This document shows, piece by piece, positions 1 through 12,319 of a DNA stretch of 64,000 nt (position 1 is the stretch's first letter; the number at the start of each line of letters is the position of its first letter). The DNA comes from Mobula hypostoma. Lineage: Eukaryota. Made by a program: the position numbers and the translations under genes. Below the pieces are notes generated by a model. It ran no database searches, had not been told where the DNA came from, and worked only from the letters and a program-made list of their open reading frames with translations. The DNA is taken from the NCBI RefSeq assembly GCF_963921235.1, contig NC_086120.1, forward strand, positions 19,282,001-19,346,000. Reading direction: 5' to 3'.

Positions 1-2139
1 GAAAAGCAGTGCCCCGATCTGCATGGTTTGCTCAACGTAGAGCAGACCGCATGGTAAGCGGTAAAAGTGGCGGCTAAGTTGGAAGAAGTACAAGTAAATT
101 GTTGCTTCACCTGGAGAGGATTGTGGATCCTGGATGGTGGAAAGGGGAGGACTGGTGTGCCATGAGAAGGAATATGGGTATTTCTGGAGAAGTGGAAGTG
201 TTTGGAAAAATGGTTAATTCAGGTATCTGAACTCCTTAAGGAGCACTTTGCATTGATTTGCTTCTCCTAACACAAAAAAAATTGGATAGGAATTGGAATG
301 TGAAAAACCATTTATTCTTTAATGCTACATGACCCAAAATTGATTTAATTCTGATAAGTCAGGTTAGTAATTAGTTCTGGATGAAATCAAGCTGATCTTG
401 AAATTGAATAAGCACTCCATTCAAGACCAACGCTACCATATCCAACACTAAATATCAGCTGTCATACCACTCATGTTTGAAGCCTCAGTGGACACCTGCT
501 CAGGAGGGCAAAGATCGTCTTTCTAACCAAGTGACACACAGAGCCTAAGAAAGTCCCCTGCTAGCTAGATGGTCTCTCTCCTATTCCTAATAAGTTCCTC
601 CTCAACAGCAGATGTATTTGTACATATGTAGACAAATGTCTGGTCTGGTAAGGGTGGGGGGCGGGGTTTGGTTTGTTATTGAGAAGCATGGGCAGAGGGT
701 GCGGAAATATGCAGTGGTAGGCAGATAGGAAATGAGTAGTGCTGCATTAAGCAATGTCAAATATCTAATGATGTTATGAACTGGAGTAGAAGTATATCTT
801 CCTCGATCAAGGAACCACCTAAGAAGGAGGAGATATTATGTTTCTTTACCAATGCTCTACCTTTTGTGGGTCCTCACCCCAGGCAATTTAGCACTGAGAG
901 AGCAGTGTGATGCAAGGATCTACATTCAATCTGTGGTGAGCTGGCATATGTTGAGTGAATGTCAGGGAAGACAATTGGTTTCCAGGGAAAATTCCCAATG
1001 TTGATTACAGTCCCTGTCACTAATGTTGAGGTAGGACAAATAGACACTTTGGTGAGGGTAGTAAATGACTGTGACTTTCCTAATCGATCTCAGCATTATA
1101 GGTAGTAGAGAAGAGAAAGCACCCTGAAAGACTAAGGTAAACAAGGAATTAAATAAATAATGTGTGCTGCAGTAGTCATGAATATTAAGCAATTTCATAT
1201 AAATAGCAAAACACTATAATCCTTTGGGCAGTGAAGAGAAAATAGTTTATTTGACAGTATTATCAGTATTCTGTTGAAGGCCGTCGAGGGCTCCATTTCA
1301 ACTAACCTTGGTAATGCACACTGACAGCAGTGGAGAATGGCAATTCCTCCTAATATAAAGTGAAATACACTGGACAAGGTATTCGGTTCAACCATTTGTG
1401 CTTCAGTCATCCACAGTAAACTGAGTTGAATTTATGTCTTGTAGTGTGATAACTGCAGGCAATCACTTATGTTCGGTGCCTCATAAATCATAGATATACT
1501 TTTATTAAAAAGTTGAATTGGTTGGATATAGAATAGTTTAATGTGGGAGTCCAATCTAGGTACTTGATTCACAATCAGTGCAGAAACATTTAAATTCCTA
1601 TCTCCATCTTAACCCAGATTCACTGCCCTGTGGCATACCTCATTCACCGATGAAATTGTGAAGAGTATCAATTGCCAGAGGTTTTCAGCTGCTGGTTGCG
1701 ATTAGCTGCATTTTGATAAGTTAATAACAGTCAATAAGTGAGCTTATTGGACGTGTGGATCACAATAATGGCTTTCATACCTGGAGATGTGTGTAATTAA
1801 ACCTACCATGTATATTTATTGACTGGCGCTACTTTGTGCAACTTGCCTTTTGATTTTACACTTAGTTATTTGCTTAAGTGGCGAATAAGTGATGAAAGTA
1901 TTTGCCAGCACTGTATGGAAACACGAACAGCATCATATTCAAGGGAGATATCCACTAATGCCAAACAATAGGGTGCAACTACTATACAGAATATTATGTT
2001 AAAGGACAAACAATATGTAATTAGTTTCCAGGTCATCAGCTGAGACCATAGTTGATTTGATTTCATGATTGTACAAAGGAGGAATACTGAAATGGTTTCC
2101 CTTTGCCTTCTTCAGTTGCAGTGTCCATACTGGACAGGT

Positions 2140-2350
2140 AACCCTGGCCATTAATCAGCAGATTCATCTACCCAGCGTTTTTAGTTTTACAACCATAAAT
2201 TCCAGTTGTAGAATCTGCTTGTAAAACCGTCCACCACCTGCAAACCATGGCTTCACGTGACCCTGGCTGGGAGGCTAAGCAGGTACTACACCTTGCCCAA
2301 GAGTGAACTGTAGGCTATCGGACGGAAGCAGCGCCTTACACCTCCTTTTG
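2140..2350 (+). mobile_element. RTE-associated non-autonomous fragment
   Basis: cttcacgtgaccctgg...gctaagcaggtactacaccttgcccaag...gcgccttacacctcc recognised as a recurrent elasmobranch repeat; family assignment tentative. Confidence 0.4.
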
Positions 2351-2399
2351 CTGAGCAATTGCACAGCACCGACAATGAAAAATCAAATTTTTAAAAAAT

Positions 2400-2645
2400 T
2401 TAAAAAATCAGAAAACAGCAATCAAACTTCTTTGGACACATCATGTGAAGAGAACATTTAGTTACAACTGGAAAGCTGGAAGGCAAAAGAAGCAGAGGCA
2501 GACAGAGAATGAAAATGATAGATGGAATAACATCATGGTTAGAAACAGGGGAGGCAACAACTACCATTCGGAGGCTCAGGGAAAAGGATGGATGGAGAGA
2601 CATGATCGCCCACGCCGAACGGCAAGGCAGCTGAATGAATGAATG
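2400..2645 (+). mobile_element. RTE-clade LINE 3' end
   Basis: HLVTTGKLEGKRSRGRQRMK-like coding remnant ending in a (tgaa)n tail. Same family as 6080-6403. Confidence 0.8.
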
Positions 2646-2809
2646 GTCATCAGCAGAGCCTATGTACAGTGCAACTACTGTTTTTAGAAATCACATCTCA
2701 AGTAAAGGCTAGATATTGCACTGGCACTTGATGTATAAAATGAGTTCACAATAGGCTAAAGTCATTTAGCAAATGACTGGATGTTTATTTTCTTTTACTG
2801 GGAACTTGC

Positions 2810-3010
2810 TGAGTTTCAGGTTCCAGTACAAATTCCATTCCTTGAATACTCTCTGATACTGAACCAGATTAATTTTTGGTCTGGTATTAGTCCTGCTGCT
2901 TTTTGTAACTTTGCCCATCTATGGTCTTGACTCACTGGTATCGAAACCCTTGTCCAAGTCTTGGTTATGTCAAGATTTGACTGCTTCTTTTTGGAATACT
3001 TAAACTTATC
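2810..3010 (+). mobile_element. L2-clade LINE fragment
   Basis: Plus frame ...IETLVQVLVMSRFD resembles the L2 ETLVHAFVTSRLDY motif. Confidence 0.55.
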
Positions 3011-3157
3011 TGCTTGTATCTTAACAATTAGTAAACCATTCAGTATTTGATCCTTAGAAGCAGCTTTAAATGAAACTTGTTGATCAGATCCCATCATTGG
3101 GGCAAAGACAGTCAAAGAAATTTGATAGATTTGCTCAAAGTAGTTATTGGTTTAGAT

Positions 3158-4796
3158 AAACACAGCAGATGATGGAAATCCAGAGGAACATACACAAAAT
3201 GCTGGAAGAACTCAGATGGTCAGGCGGCACCCATGAAAATGAACAATGAGCCAATGTTTTGGGCATAGATCCTTCTTCAGGACTCAAGTAGGAAGGGGGA
3301 AGAAGCCAGAATAGAAAGGCAGGGAAGGGGAAGGATAGCTAAAAGGTGATAGGTGAAGCCAGATAGGTGGGAAAGGTAAAGGACTGGAGATGAAGGAATC
3401 TAATAGGAGAGAGTGGACCATTGGAGAAAGAAAAGAAAAAGGGGCACCGGGGGAGGTGATAGGCAGATGAGAAGAGGTAAGAGGCCAGACTGGGGAATAG
3501 AAGAAGTGAAGAGGTTGGATTTTTTTCTACTGGAAGGAGAGATCAGTATTCATGCCATCAGGTTGGAGGCTACCCAGATGGAATATAAGGTGTTGTTCCT
3601 CCACCCCGAGGGTGGCCTCATCATGGTACAAGAGGAGGCCATGGACCGACATGTCGGAACTGGAACGGGAATGGGAATTAAAATGTTGGGACACCACAAA
3701 GTTCTGCTTTTGGTGGATGGAGCTTAACTGATTGATGAAGTGATTCCCCCCAATTTATGATGGATCTCACCAACGTAGAGGAGGCCGCATCGGGAACATT
3801 GGACACAGTGTCGCCTCACCTATAAGGACTGTTTGGGACCCTGAATGGAAGTGAGAAAGGAGGTGAATGGGCATTTGTAGCAATTTGACTACTTGCAGGG
3901 TAAGTGTCAGGAGGGAGATCAGCAGGAAGGGACAAATAGGCAAGAGAATCACAGAGGGAGCGATTCCTGTGGAAAGCAGAGAGTGTTGGGGGGGGGGGTG
4001 ACAGATAAAGATGTGTTTGGTGGTAGGGTCCCTTTAGAGATAGTATAAGTTGTGGAGAATGTGTTGGATGTGGAGGCTAATGGGTGGTAGATAAGGACAA
4101 GAGGAATTTTATCACTTTTAAGGGGACTAGAAGGGGTGAGCATGGATGTTCAGGTAATGCAGGAGATGTTGGGTGAGGGCAGCATAAATGGTGAAGGGAA
4201 ACCCCATTCTTTGAAGAAGGAGGAAATCTGGAAAGGAAAGCCTCATCCTGGGAACAGATGTGGCAGAGAAGGAACTGAAACAAAGAATGGCATTTTTGCA
4301 GGAGATGGGGTGGGAAGAGGTATAGTCAAGATAGCCATGGGAATCAGTAGGTTTATAAAAGATATCAGTTGACAGTTTGTCTCCAGAGATGGAGACAGAG
4401 AGATCTAGAAAGGGATGGGAGGAGATGTCAACCTGGTGGCATGAATATTGATTCGTCCTTCCGATATAAAAAAATCCCCCTCCCCCTTCTTCTATTCCCC
4501 ACTTTAGCTTCTTACTTCTTCTCACCTAGCTATCATGTCCCCCGGGTGCCCCTTCCCCTATGGTTCATTCTCCTCTCCTATCAGAATCCTTTATCTTCAG
4601 CCCTTTACCTTTCCTACCCATCTGGCTTCACCTATCGCCTTCTAGCTCTCCTTCTTCTCCTCCTCCCCCCTTTTTATTCTGGTGTCTTCCCACTTCCTTT
4701 CCAGCCCTGAAGAAGGGTCTCAGCCCAAAATGTCGACTGTTTGTTCATTTCCATGGATGCTGCCTGACCTGTTGAGTTCTTCCTGCATTTTGTGAA
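3158..4796 (-). mobile_element. Older Penelope-like element with inverted pLTR
   Basis: Minus-strand body (ORF 4127-4525 TDIFYKPTDSHGYLDYTSSHP) with tail at the left end. Inverted pLTR from about 4430 to 4796 lacks the tail. Possible decayed TSD tattggttt at 3145 and 4797. Confidence 0.85.
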
Positions 4797-4909
4797 TATT
4801 GGTTTTGTTTGCAGTGCCAGTAAATAACCAGGTTTAAGGTGTTTGGTAGAAAAATCGATAATGACATGAGTTGTTTTGAGTTGCCATCTGGAATGTGCAC
4901 CATAAAACT

Positions 4910-5166
4910 AGGGGGCGGCACAATAATGTAATGGTTAGCGTAACGCTATTCGAGCACCAGTGATTGACTGCAGGTTCAATTCCCCCTGCTGTCTGTAAGG
5001 AGTTTGTACGTTCTCCCCATGACCACATGGGTTTCCTCCCACATTCCAAAAACCTGGGGGTCAATAGGTTAATTGATCACATGGATGTAATTGGGCAGCA
5101 CAGTCTTGTTGGGCCGGAAGGACCTGTTGCCGTGCTGTATCTCTAAATAATAAAAAAATAAATAAA
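4910..5166 (+). mobile_element. HE1/V-type tRNA SINE
   Basis: tRNA head (ggttcaattcc B box), V-domain gtttgtacgttctcccc...ggtttcctccca, CR1-like tail gggccggaagg...gtgctgtatctctaaa. Confidence 0.88.
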
Positions 5167-6079
5167 GGGTAGTGGAAATAGGCTCAATAGTAAGATTCAA
5201 AAGAACATAGAATAGACACTTAATGCGATAAAATACTAGTTGTGGTGAAACAGCGGGAACAAAATTAAGAAATAGATGGAAATGTTTTAAATGATAGGCT
5301 GTTCTTAATTCCAATTGCTGGGCAATTTTAATCATGTTAATATAAAATGAAATTAAAACAGAAAATGCTAGAAATTTCTCAGTGGATCGGCTTGATGAAA
5401 GATCTCCAGCTTTTTCTGCTTTTATTCCAGATTTCCAGTATCTGGAGTTTTTCTTTGCTTTTCGAGTAATGTAAAATGAGCTTGATTGTGGTGTTGGCAG
5501 AAATCCAACTCATAAAGGGCTGGAAGTTTGTTTTCAAACCCATTTTAATTAGCAATTCATGTTAGCTCTGTTCAGTTTTAAGATTATTTGTTCTCTCTTT
5601 CAAAAGGACTCTAGTTACCTCACATTTCCATGGAAGAAATTCCTATGCAAGTTTGTGGAGTGAAAGTTGATTGATTCGGTGAATCACAAGAAGATCTGGT
5701 TCTGTTTGGGACTGATTGTTTCTCTGTAAGGAGATGGGGAAAGTTGGTCAGGAACTGCAAAAAGCCTGGAAGCATTCAGGAAGTTGAGGTGTGAGTCAGA
5801 ATTGCTGAACACAATTATGATAGAAATTGCAAATTGAAATTGAGATTCGGTCCCTGTGGCTTGTATGACTCAGCTGCATCACGCAGCATCTAAACTTCAT
5901 TCACTCAGTCTTCTGCAGGATGAAGTATATAAATGAAGGTGCACTGAAGATGAGCCTGCTGACTTACGCCATCATGTTTATGGCTGGTACGTAAAAAGTG
6001 CTGCAAAAGTATGTTTTTAACTTTTCATTCTTTAATCGTGAAATGGTACTGCAATATCAACATCTGTACTTTGGATTCA

Positions 6080-8240
6080 TTCATTCATTCAGGTGCCTTG
6101 CCGTTTGGCGTGGGCGATCATGTCTCTCCATTCATCATGGTCCCTGACCCTCCGAATTGTAGTTGTTGCCTCCCCTGTTTCTAACCATGATGTTATTCCA
6201 TCTATCACTTTCATTCTCTGTCTGCCTCTGCTTCTTTTCCCTTCCAGCTTTCCAGTTGTAACTAAATGTTCTAATGCCTCTCTTCGCATGATGTGACCAA
6301 AGAATTTTGATTGCTGTTTTCTGACTTTTTTAAAGTAATGTACATTTTGTATTCATTTTCTGTAGAACTTCTTCGTTGGTTATCCTGTCCGTTTATGATA
6401 TGCCATCTAAGCGATATCTTATGTAAATATCCAGGTCTAGGTTCTTAACAGCATGCTTCAGCATTTGGATGAAGAGATTGAAGACCACTGGTGCTAGAAC
6501 ACACCGTTGCTTCACACCATTTGAGATGTTGAAAGTCTCAGATGGGGAACCATCTGAGAATACTTCTCCTGTCATGTCATCGTGGAGCAGGCGGATGAGC
6601 GTAGTGAATTTCTGCGGGCAGCCAAGCTTTCTAAGGATGATCCATAGTGCGTTTCTGTTGACCATGTCAAACACCTTCATCAGATCAATGAAGACAGAGT
6701 ATAATGTCATGTTCTGTTCCAGGCACTTCTCCTGTATCTGTCTCACTGCGAAGATCATGTCGACAGTGCTTCATTCGGGACAAAAGCCACATTGTGACTC
6801 GGGAAGGTTCTCTTCTGACAGTGTTGGAATCAGTCTGTTGAGGATGATGCGGGCGAGGATTTTTCCAGCAATGGAAAGTAGTGAGATGCCTCTTCATCCA
6901 AATGCTGAAGCATGCTGTTAAGGACCTGGACCTGGGTATTTACATAAGATATCGCTTAGACGGATCGATGTTTGACCTGAGACGCCTTGCTGCAAAGACC
7001 AAAATGTTGAGGAGGCTCATCACTAAAGCCCTGTTTGCTGATGACTGTGCCCTCATGCCCCACCAGGAGAACCACCTGTGGACGATTGTCGACAAGTTCT
7101 CCGCAGCCTCAAAGCTGTTTGGACTGACAATCAGCCTCAGTAAGACAGAAGTTCTCCTGCAACCTGCACCAATCAGTCACCCTCCTCAGCCATGCATCAC
7201 CATCAACAGCATTGTCCTGAAGAATATGGAGAGCTTCAAGTATCTAGGAAGCACCATCTCCAGTGACAGATCCCTTGACAAAGAGATCATAGCAAGGATC
7301 CAGAAAGCCAGCAGGCACTCGGGAAACTCCGTGTTAAAGTTCTGGAGCACAAGGACATTCAGCTTTCAACCAAGCTCAAGGAGTACAAGGCTGTGGTCCT
7401 CACCTCTCTCCTGTATGACTGCGAAACCTGGACCCTGTACCACAGGCACATCAAACAGCTGAAGCAGTTTCACATGCGCTCTCTGCGGTCGATCATGAGG
7501 ATTCGATGGCAGGACCGAATCACCAACCAGGAGCCAACAGCACAAGCATTGAGGCAAGAATCCTCCAGGCCCAGCTACGCTGGACTGGCCATGTAATCCG
7601 CATGGGTGAAACAAGAATCCCCAGGCAGCTGCTCTACGGTGAGCTTGAGCATGGCAGTCGCAATAAGGGCTGCCCCAAAAATAAATTCAAAGACAATCTG
7701 AAATCGTACATCAAATGGGCAGACCGCCAGCCTCGACAACTTGAGGAGTCCGCAGCCGACAGGGCTGCGTGGTGCGTCCTGACCAGAAAAGCTGCACCTG
7801 ACTTTGAGGATGGCCGAAATCAGTGCCTTGCAGCAGCACGAGACTGACACCACAAAGCTGTGTGTGCACCTGTTCTAACAACCGCCATTCCATGTCCAAC
7901 CTGCAACCGCGTGTGTGCTTCAGCCTTTGGCTTCCGAAGCCACATGTGTATCCAGATGACTGCACAATGTTTGGTCTTCCTCAGACCCCGAGAGACAACC
8001 ACCACATATGATATGCACAGTATTCTTCTGAGGAACCACATCTCTGCTGCTTTGATTCTTTTTTCCATTGCATTTGTGATGGTCCATGACTCACAGCCAT
8101 ACATCAATATAGGAAGAATGTAGCAGCTGAGAGTTCTAAGGCAGATGTTAATTGCTATTTTCTTGTACGTTAGGATGGTTCTCATTTCTGTAAATGCTGT
8201 TCTTGCCATTGCTATTCTTGCTTTTATATACTTTGGATTA
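6080..8240 (-). mobile_element. RTE-clade LINE (host copy) split by a nested RTE insertion
   Basis: The 5' part at 8007-8240 (LMYGCESWTITNAMEKRIKAAEMWFLRRILCISY) continues at 6403-6080 (…REALEHLVTTGKLEGKRSRGRQR, (tgaa)n tail). 10-bp duplication tatgatatgc at 6394-6403 and 8007-8016. Confidence 0.88.
6404..8006 (+). mobile_element. RTE-clade LINE with 5' inversion (nested copy)
   Basis: 6404-6890 is inverted (GISLLSIAGKILAR...QEKCLEQ...GVKQRCVLAP). 6890-8006 is sense (LFADDCAL, FKYLGS, LLYDCETW, LRWTGHVIRM) with an (acc)-type tail. Flanked by the 10-bp TSD. Confidence 0.9.
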
Positions 8241-9065
8241 GGAACCTGAAGATATTGCATTACCAAGGGACATGAGTAAACATTCATCAATTTAAGACAT
8301 ATAGCCTTCCGTGGTGGGGAGACATGCAAAGGTTTTCCTGTCACATGCAACAACATTAGTAAATGTCTTCCTCATGCAAACTTTTAAATATTGAAAATAG
8401 AAAATTTTCTAAGTGATAGACTAATAGTAATTTTTTTCTGAGCTGATGAATCAACATCTCTATAAATGACAGGCATCATCTGACATCTTCCCTAAGGAGC
8501 CATTATTCATTTTTTTAAATTTAGAGACAAAAGATTGATCTTGGAAAATGTTTGGCAAAAGTTTACAAGATTCCCCCCCGCCCAACTAAAAGATAATTCC
8601 TGCCTGGTGCAGCAGCTGCTGATACCTGTGACACTGCTGTCTAAGTATTCACCTTGAAATGCACATGGTCTGTGATTTCATTGTGTGGATTACAGCCAAA
8701 ATCCTTCATCTGTTGAAATATTAACGAATATGACTGTTTTACAAGTCGGGTTTATCAGATTTGACAAACTAACACTGAAAGACTTTGCTAAAGATGGGAT
8801 ACATACATAATGAGTAACTCATTTAAATCAGTTAGCACTAAACATCTAAATGAAAAGATTTGCAAAGTTCAGCACAGGAAACAAACCTTCAGCCCATTAA
8901 TTCTGGGCTGATCATCCAATCAGGCCCACTCCCCAGAACTAACCCTACAGCACTGAACAATATTTGCCCTCAAGTGTTTATCTAATGCAAGAGCCCCAAC
9001 CATCTATTTCCATCGTCACTATGGATATTTAAAATTTTAACTTGTATTAAAACCGTGCAGTAGCT

Positions 9066-9208
9066 CTTCTTTCAGTTAGTCCTGATGAAGGGTCTCAGCC
9101 CAAAACATTGACCATACCTCTTCCTGGAGATGCTGCCTGGCCTGCTGCGTTCACCAGCAACTTTGATGTGTGTTGCTTGAAATTCCAGCATCTGCAGATT
9201 TCCTCGTG
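9066..9208 (+). mobile_element. Penelope pLTR 3' end with decayed hammerhead
   Basis: ttcagttagtcctgatgaagggtctcagcccaaaac ... ccagcatctgcagatttcctcgtgtt. GAAA core mutated to AAAA. Confidence 0.8.
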
Positions 9209-10040
9209 TTGTGAAATTTGTTGTCTTTGCGGCAGCAGCACAATGCAATACATAATCATAGAAAAAACATGAACTACAGGAAGTGTATATATAATAGTTA
9301 AATCAAATAAGTAGTGCAAAATAGTGAGGTAGTGTTCATGGGTTCAATGTCCATTCTAAATTCAGACAGCAGTGAGGAAGAAGCTATTTCTGTATCATTC
9401 AGTGTGTGTCTTCAGGCTTCTTTCTGTATGCCTTTCCTGATGGTAGCAATGAGAACAAGGCATGACCTGGGTGATGGGGGTCCTTAATGATGGGTGCTGC
9501 CTTTTTGAGGCATCACTTCTTCAAGATGCCTTGGATGGTTCAGAGGCTGGTACCTATAATGGTGCTGACTGAGTTTGTAACTCTCTGCAGCTTATTTCCA
9601 TCTCCCACCCCCACCCATTCCAGACAGTGATGCAGCCAGTTAAAATACTCTCCATGGTACATCCATAGAAATTTGTGCATCTTTGGTGACATACCAAATC
9701 CCCCCAATCTCCCAATGAAAGCTGCTGTCATGCCTTCTTTGTAGCTGCATTGATATGTTGGGTCCAGGATAGATCCTCAGAGATTTTGACATCCAGGAAC
9801 TTGAAATTGCTCTCTCTTTCCACTTCTGATCCTCTATGTAGACTGGCGTGTGTGCCCTCCTCTTGCCCTTTCTGGTCTATAGTCAGTTCTTTGGCCTTAC
9901 TGATGTTGACTGCAAGGTTGCTGCTGCGACACCATTCAACTAACTGATAAATCTCGTTCCTGTACGTCCTCTCATCGCCATCCGAAATTCTGCCAGCAGT
10001 AGTCGTATCATCAGCAAATTTATAGATGGCATTTGAGCTA
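9209..10040 (-). mobile_element. Rex1/Babar-clade LINE 3' fragment
   Basis: Reverse strand reads YKFADDTTTAGRISDGDERTYRNE-like, plus the typical 3' UTR. Confidence 0.8.
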
Positions 10041-10790
10041 TTTACTGAATTACTTCACTTATTGGGAAAGACAGGGAAAATCCAAATGGCAGAATGTGGG
10101 GAATAAAGGTTGCATCTTGGATTTATTTTGAGTAAATCTTAAGCACAAGGCCAAAATGCATGCTTAAAAGTAATTGACTTCATTGTTACAGTTGTGAATA
10201 TGCTATTATAATCAAGTTCTCCTCCTAACACTCCCTTCACTAATTCTCACTCTCCTTCAGGTCCTTGTTCTACACTTACAGTTGCTGCTGTTGCCTTGCC
10301 TACTACATGTATGACAGAAGGTGACCCAGCAATGGCAACTGTGTGCCAGCCCTCCATGGCCTTTTCATGACATCATGATGATAGGGTAATTTCTTTATTT
10401 CCCTGCTGTCACTGTATTATGCTGTTCCTTTCTAACCTCCCCTCCCCCTCAACACACTGCACAACTTTATACAGTTTGTATAACTAAAATCTTTCAGACA
10501 AAATAAAGAACGTAATTGAATTAGAGATTGATCACATGTCAATTTATCAAGGAAAGCAATCGTTTTGAGTACTTGTTTGGATACATAATATACCAAAGCT
10601 GCTAATTTTCTTTGATCAACTGTCGGCATTTTCCTTGTCTTGGGAAGAATTAAAAATGGCATCTGTGTTGATCCCATGTCCACATGCCATCTGTGTTGAT
10701 CCCACAGCAGTAAAGCACCATCTCAATGTCACATCCTCTGACTGCAGCATCAAGCCCTGGGAATTCTGTGGAATTCTCTGCCACAGGAAA

Positions 10791-10996
10791 CAGTTGAGGC
10801 CAGTTCATTGGCTATATTTAAGAGGGAGTTAGATATGGCCCTTGTGGCTATGGGGATCAGGGGGTATGGAGGGAAGGCTGGTGCAGGGTTCTGAGTTGGA
10901 TGATCAGCCATGATCATAATAAATGGCGGTGCAGGCTCAAAGGGCCGAATGGCCTATTCCTGCACCTATTTTCTATGTTTCTATGTGTCTATGTTG
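10791..10996 (+). mobile_element. CR1 LINE 3' end
   Basis: gggccgaatggcctattcctgcacctattt followed by a (tctatgt)n tail. Confidence 0.85.
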
Positions 10997-11679
10997 TCTT
11001 AGACTCAAGGGTAAGGCTTCTGTAAACTGATTTCCATCCATTCTGTGAAAGGCAACAATGAAAGTATAGGAATACTACACATATACACCAAGCCTACAGT
11101 GGATTCAGAAAGCTTGTTTCAGCTGAAGGCTTTCCTTGCTGGTGGGAATACAAGGAACTCCTTGCTTTACACATGGTATGGGGGTTCCCAAGCTCTTTAA
11201 TGCCATGAAGCAATACCATTAAACAAGAGGTCCATGGACCCTAGATTGGGAAGTCTTGTTAGAAAATTGATAGGTGTACAAAAAGTTATAAATGTATGAA
11301 ATCTGAACTAAATAAAAATGAGCTAGATATATTCATCAGATCAGGTGGCCTGTGTGGAGAGATACAATGTCAATGATACAGTGGGGCAGAATTCGTACTT
11401 TAAAAAGAACTCTTAATCCCATTTATTTTATTGGAACATGAAAAACTAATATTGTTTCAAAAATAACAACATAGTTCATTTTATTACTTGTTACATTGCC
11501 AAGACCACAAGAGTGCAAAAATTCTTATGAAAAATCTCCACTGATCAATTATGAAGGACTGCTATTTACTTCATGTTACAAATCAGATTTTGGTGTATTC
11601 AGCTCCACACCATCAGTTAACTGTCATAGATCTTTATCCTTGGTCCATTTCACAAATTTAACAGAAATCTATATTTGTT

Positions 11680-11840
11680 TATTTAGAGAAGCCCCTCTGC
11701 ACCTTCGAGCCACACTGCTAACAAACCACTGATTTAGCCCTAGCCAAATTATAGGACAATTTAAGATGATCAATTAACCTACTACCTGATACTTCTTTGG
11801 AATGTGAGAGGAAACTGGAACATGTGGTGGAAATCCACAC
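11680..11840 (-). mobile_element. HE1/V-type SINE fragment
   Basis: ggacaattt...caattaacctac...ctttggaatgtgagaggaaactgga. Confidence 0.7.
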
Positions 11841-11963
11841 ATAAATTAATTTGGCTACCTGCCTTACACAAACTGTGAAGCATGCAATGGATTTCATTTT
11901 TTTCACCCGCTGCATGCTAGGGCGTCCATCAATAAACATTTGAAACAGACTTAATTTTCTGGA

Positions 11964-12062
11964 AACAACATACATCAAAGTTGCTGGTGAACGCAGCAGG
12001 CCAAGCAGCATCTATAGGAAGAGGCGCAGTCGACGTTTCAGGCCGAGACCCTTCCTGTTGTT
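11964..12062. mobile_element. Miniature Penelope insertion (inverted pLTR stub plus 3' terminus)
   Basis: About 90 nt matching 14431-14521 with one mismatch, joined to ttcctgttgttt (the family 3' terminus). 13-bp TSD ttaattttctgga at 11951-11963 and 12063-12075. Confidence 0.9.
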
Positions 12063-12319
12063 TTAATTTTCTGGAGACTAATCTGAAAAAACCTGGACTT
12101 GTGAATATGCATTCATAGGAGAAATTATTTAATATCAGTAGGAAGGTAAAAATTAAATCTTATATTATTGGAGCATCCAACAGCCTTTAAAAAAGAAAAA
12201 TGCAGCATCCATTAGACAATAAATTTGGCACTCCTCCCCTTTTAAGATAATAACACAACTCTTCAGTTAATAACTATCCATGTAGTCAAGTAATGTTTCC
12301 TTTCATGAGTTGATACATA

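Noticed and set aside
860-1100. Possible Deu-domain SINE remnant
   Set aside because: Only a few short word matches from memory; not enough to call.
2816-3115. 99-aa minus-strand ORF as a possible host exon
   Set aside because: It is the antisense of an L2 remnant; no recognisable protein motif.
10261-10390. Plus-strand pyrimidine tract with AG as a candidate exon
   Set aside because: No frame gives a recognisable protein and no partner exons were found.
10656-10704. 21-bp near-perfect direct duplication atg(g/c)catctgtgttgatccca
   Set aside because: Isolated local slippage duplication with no further structure.
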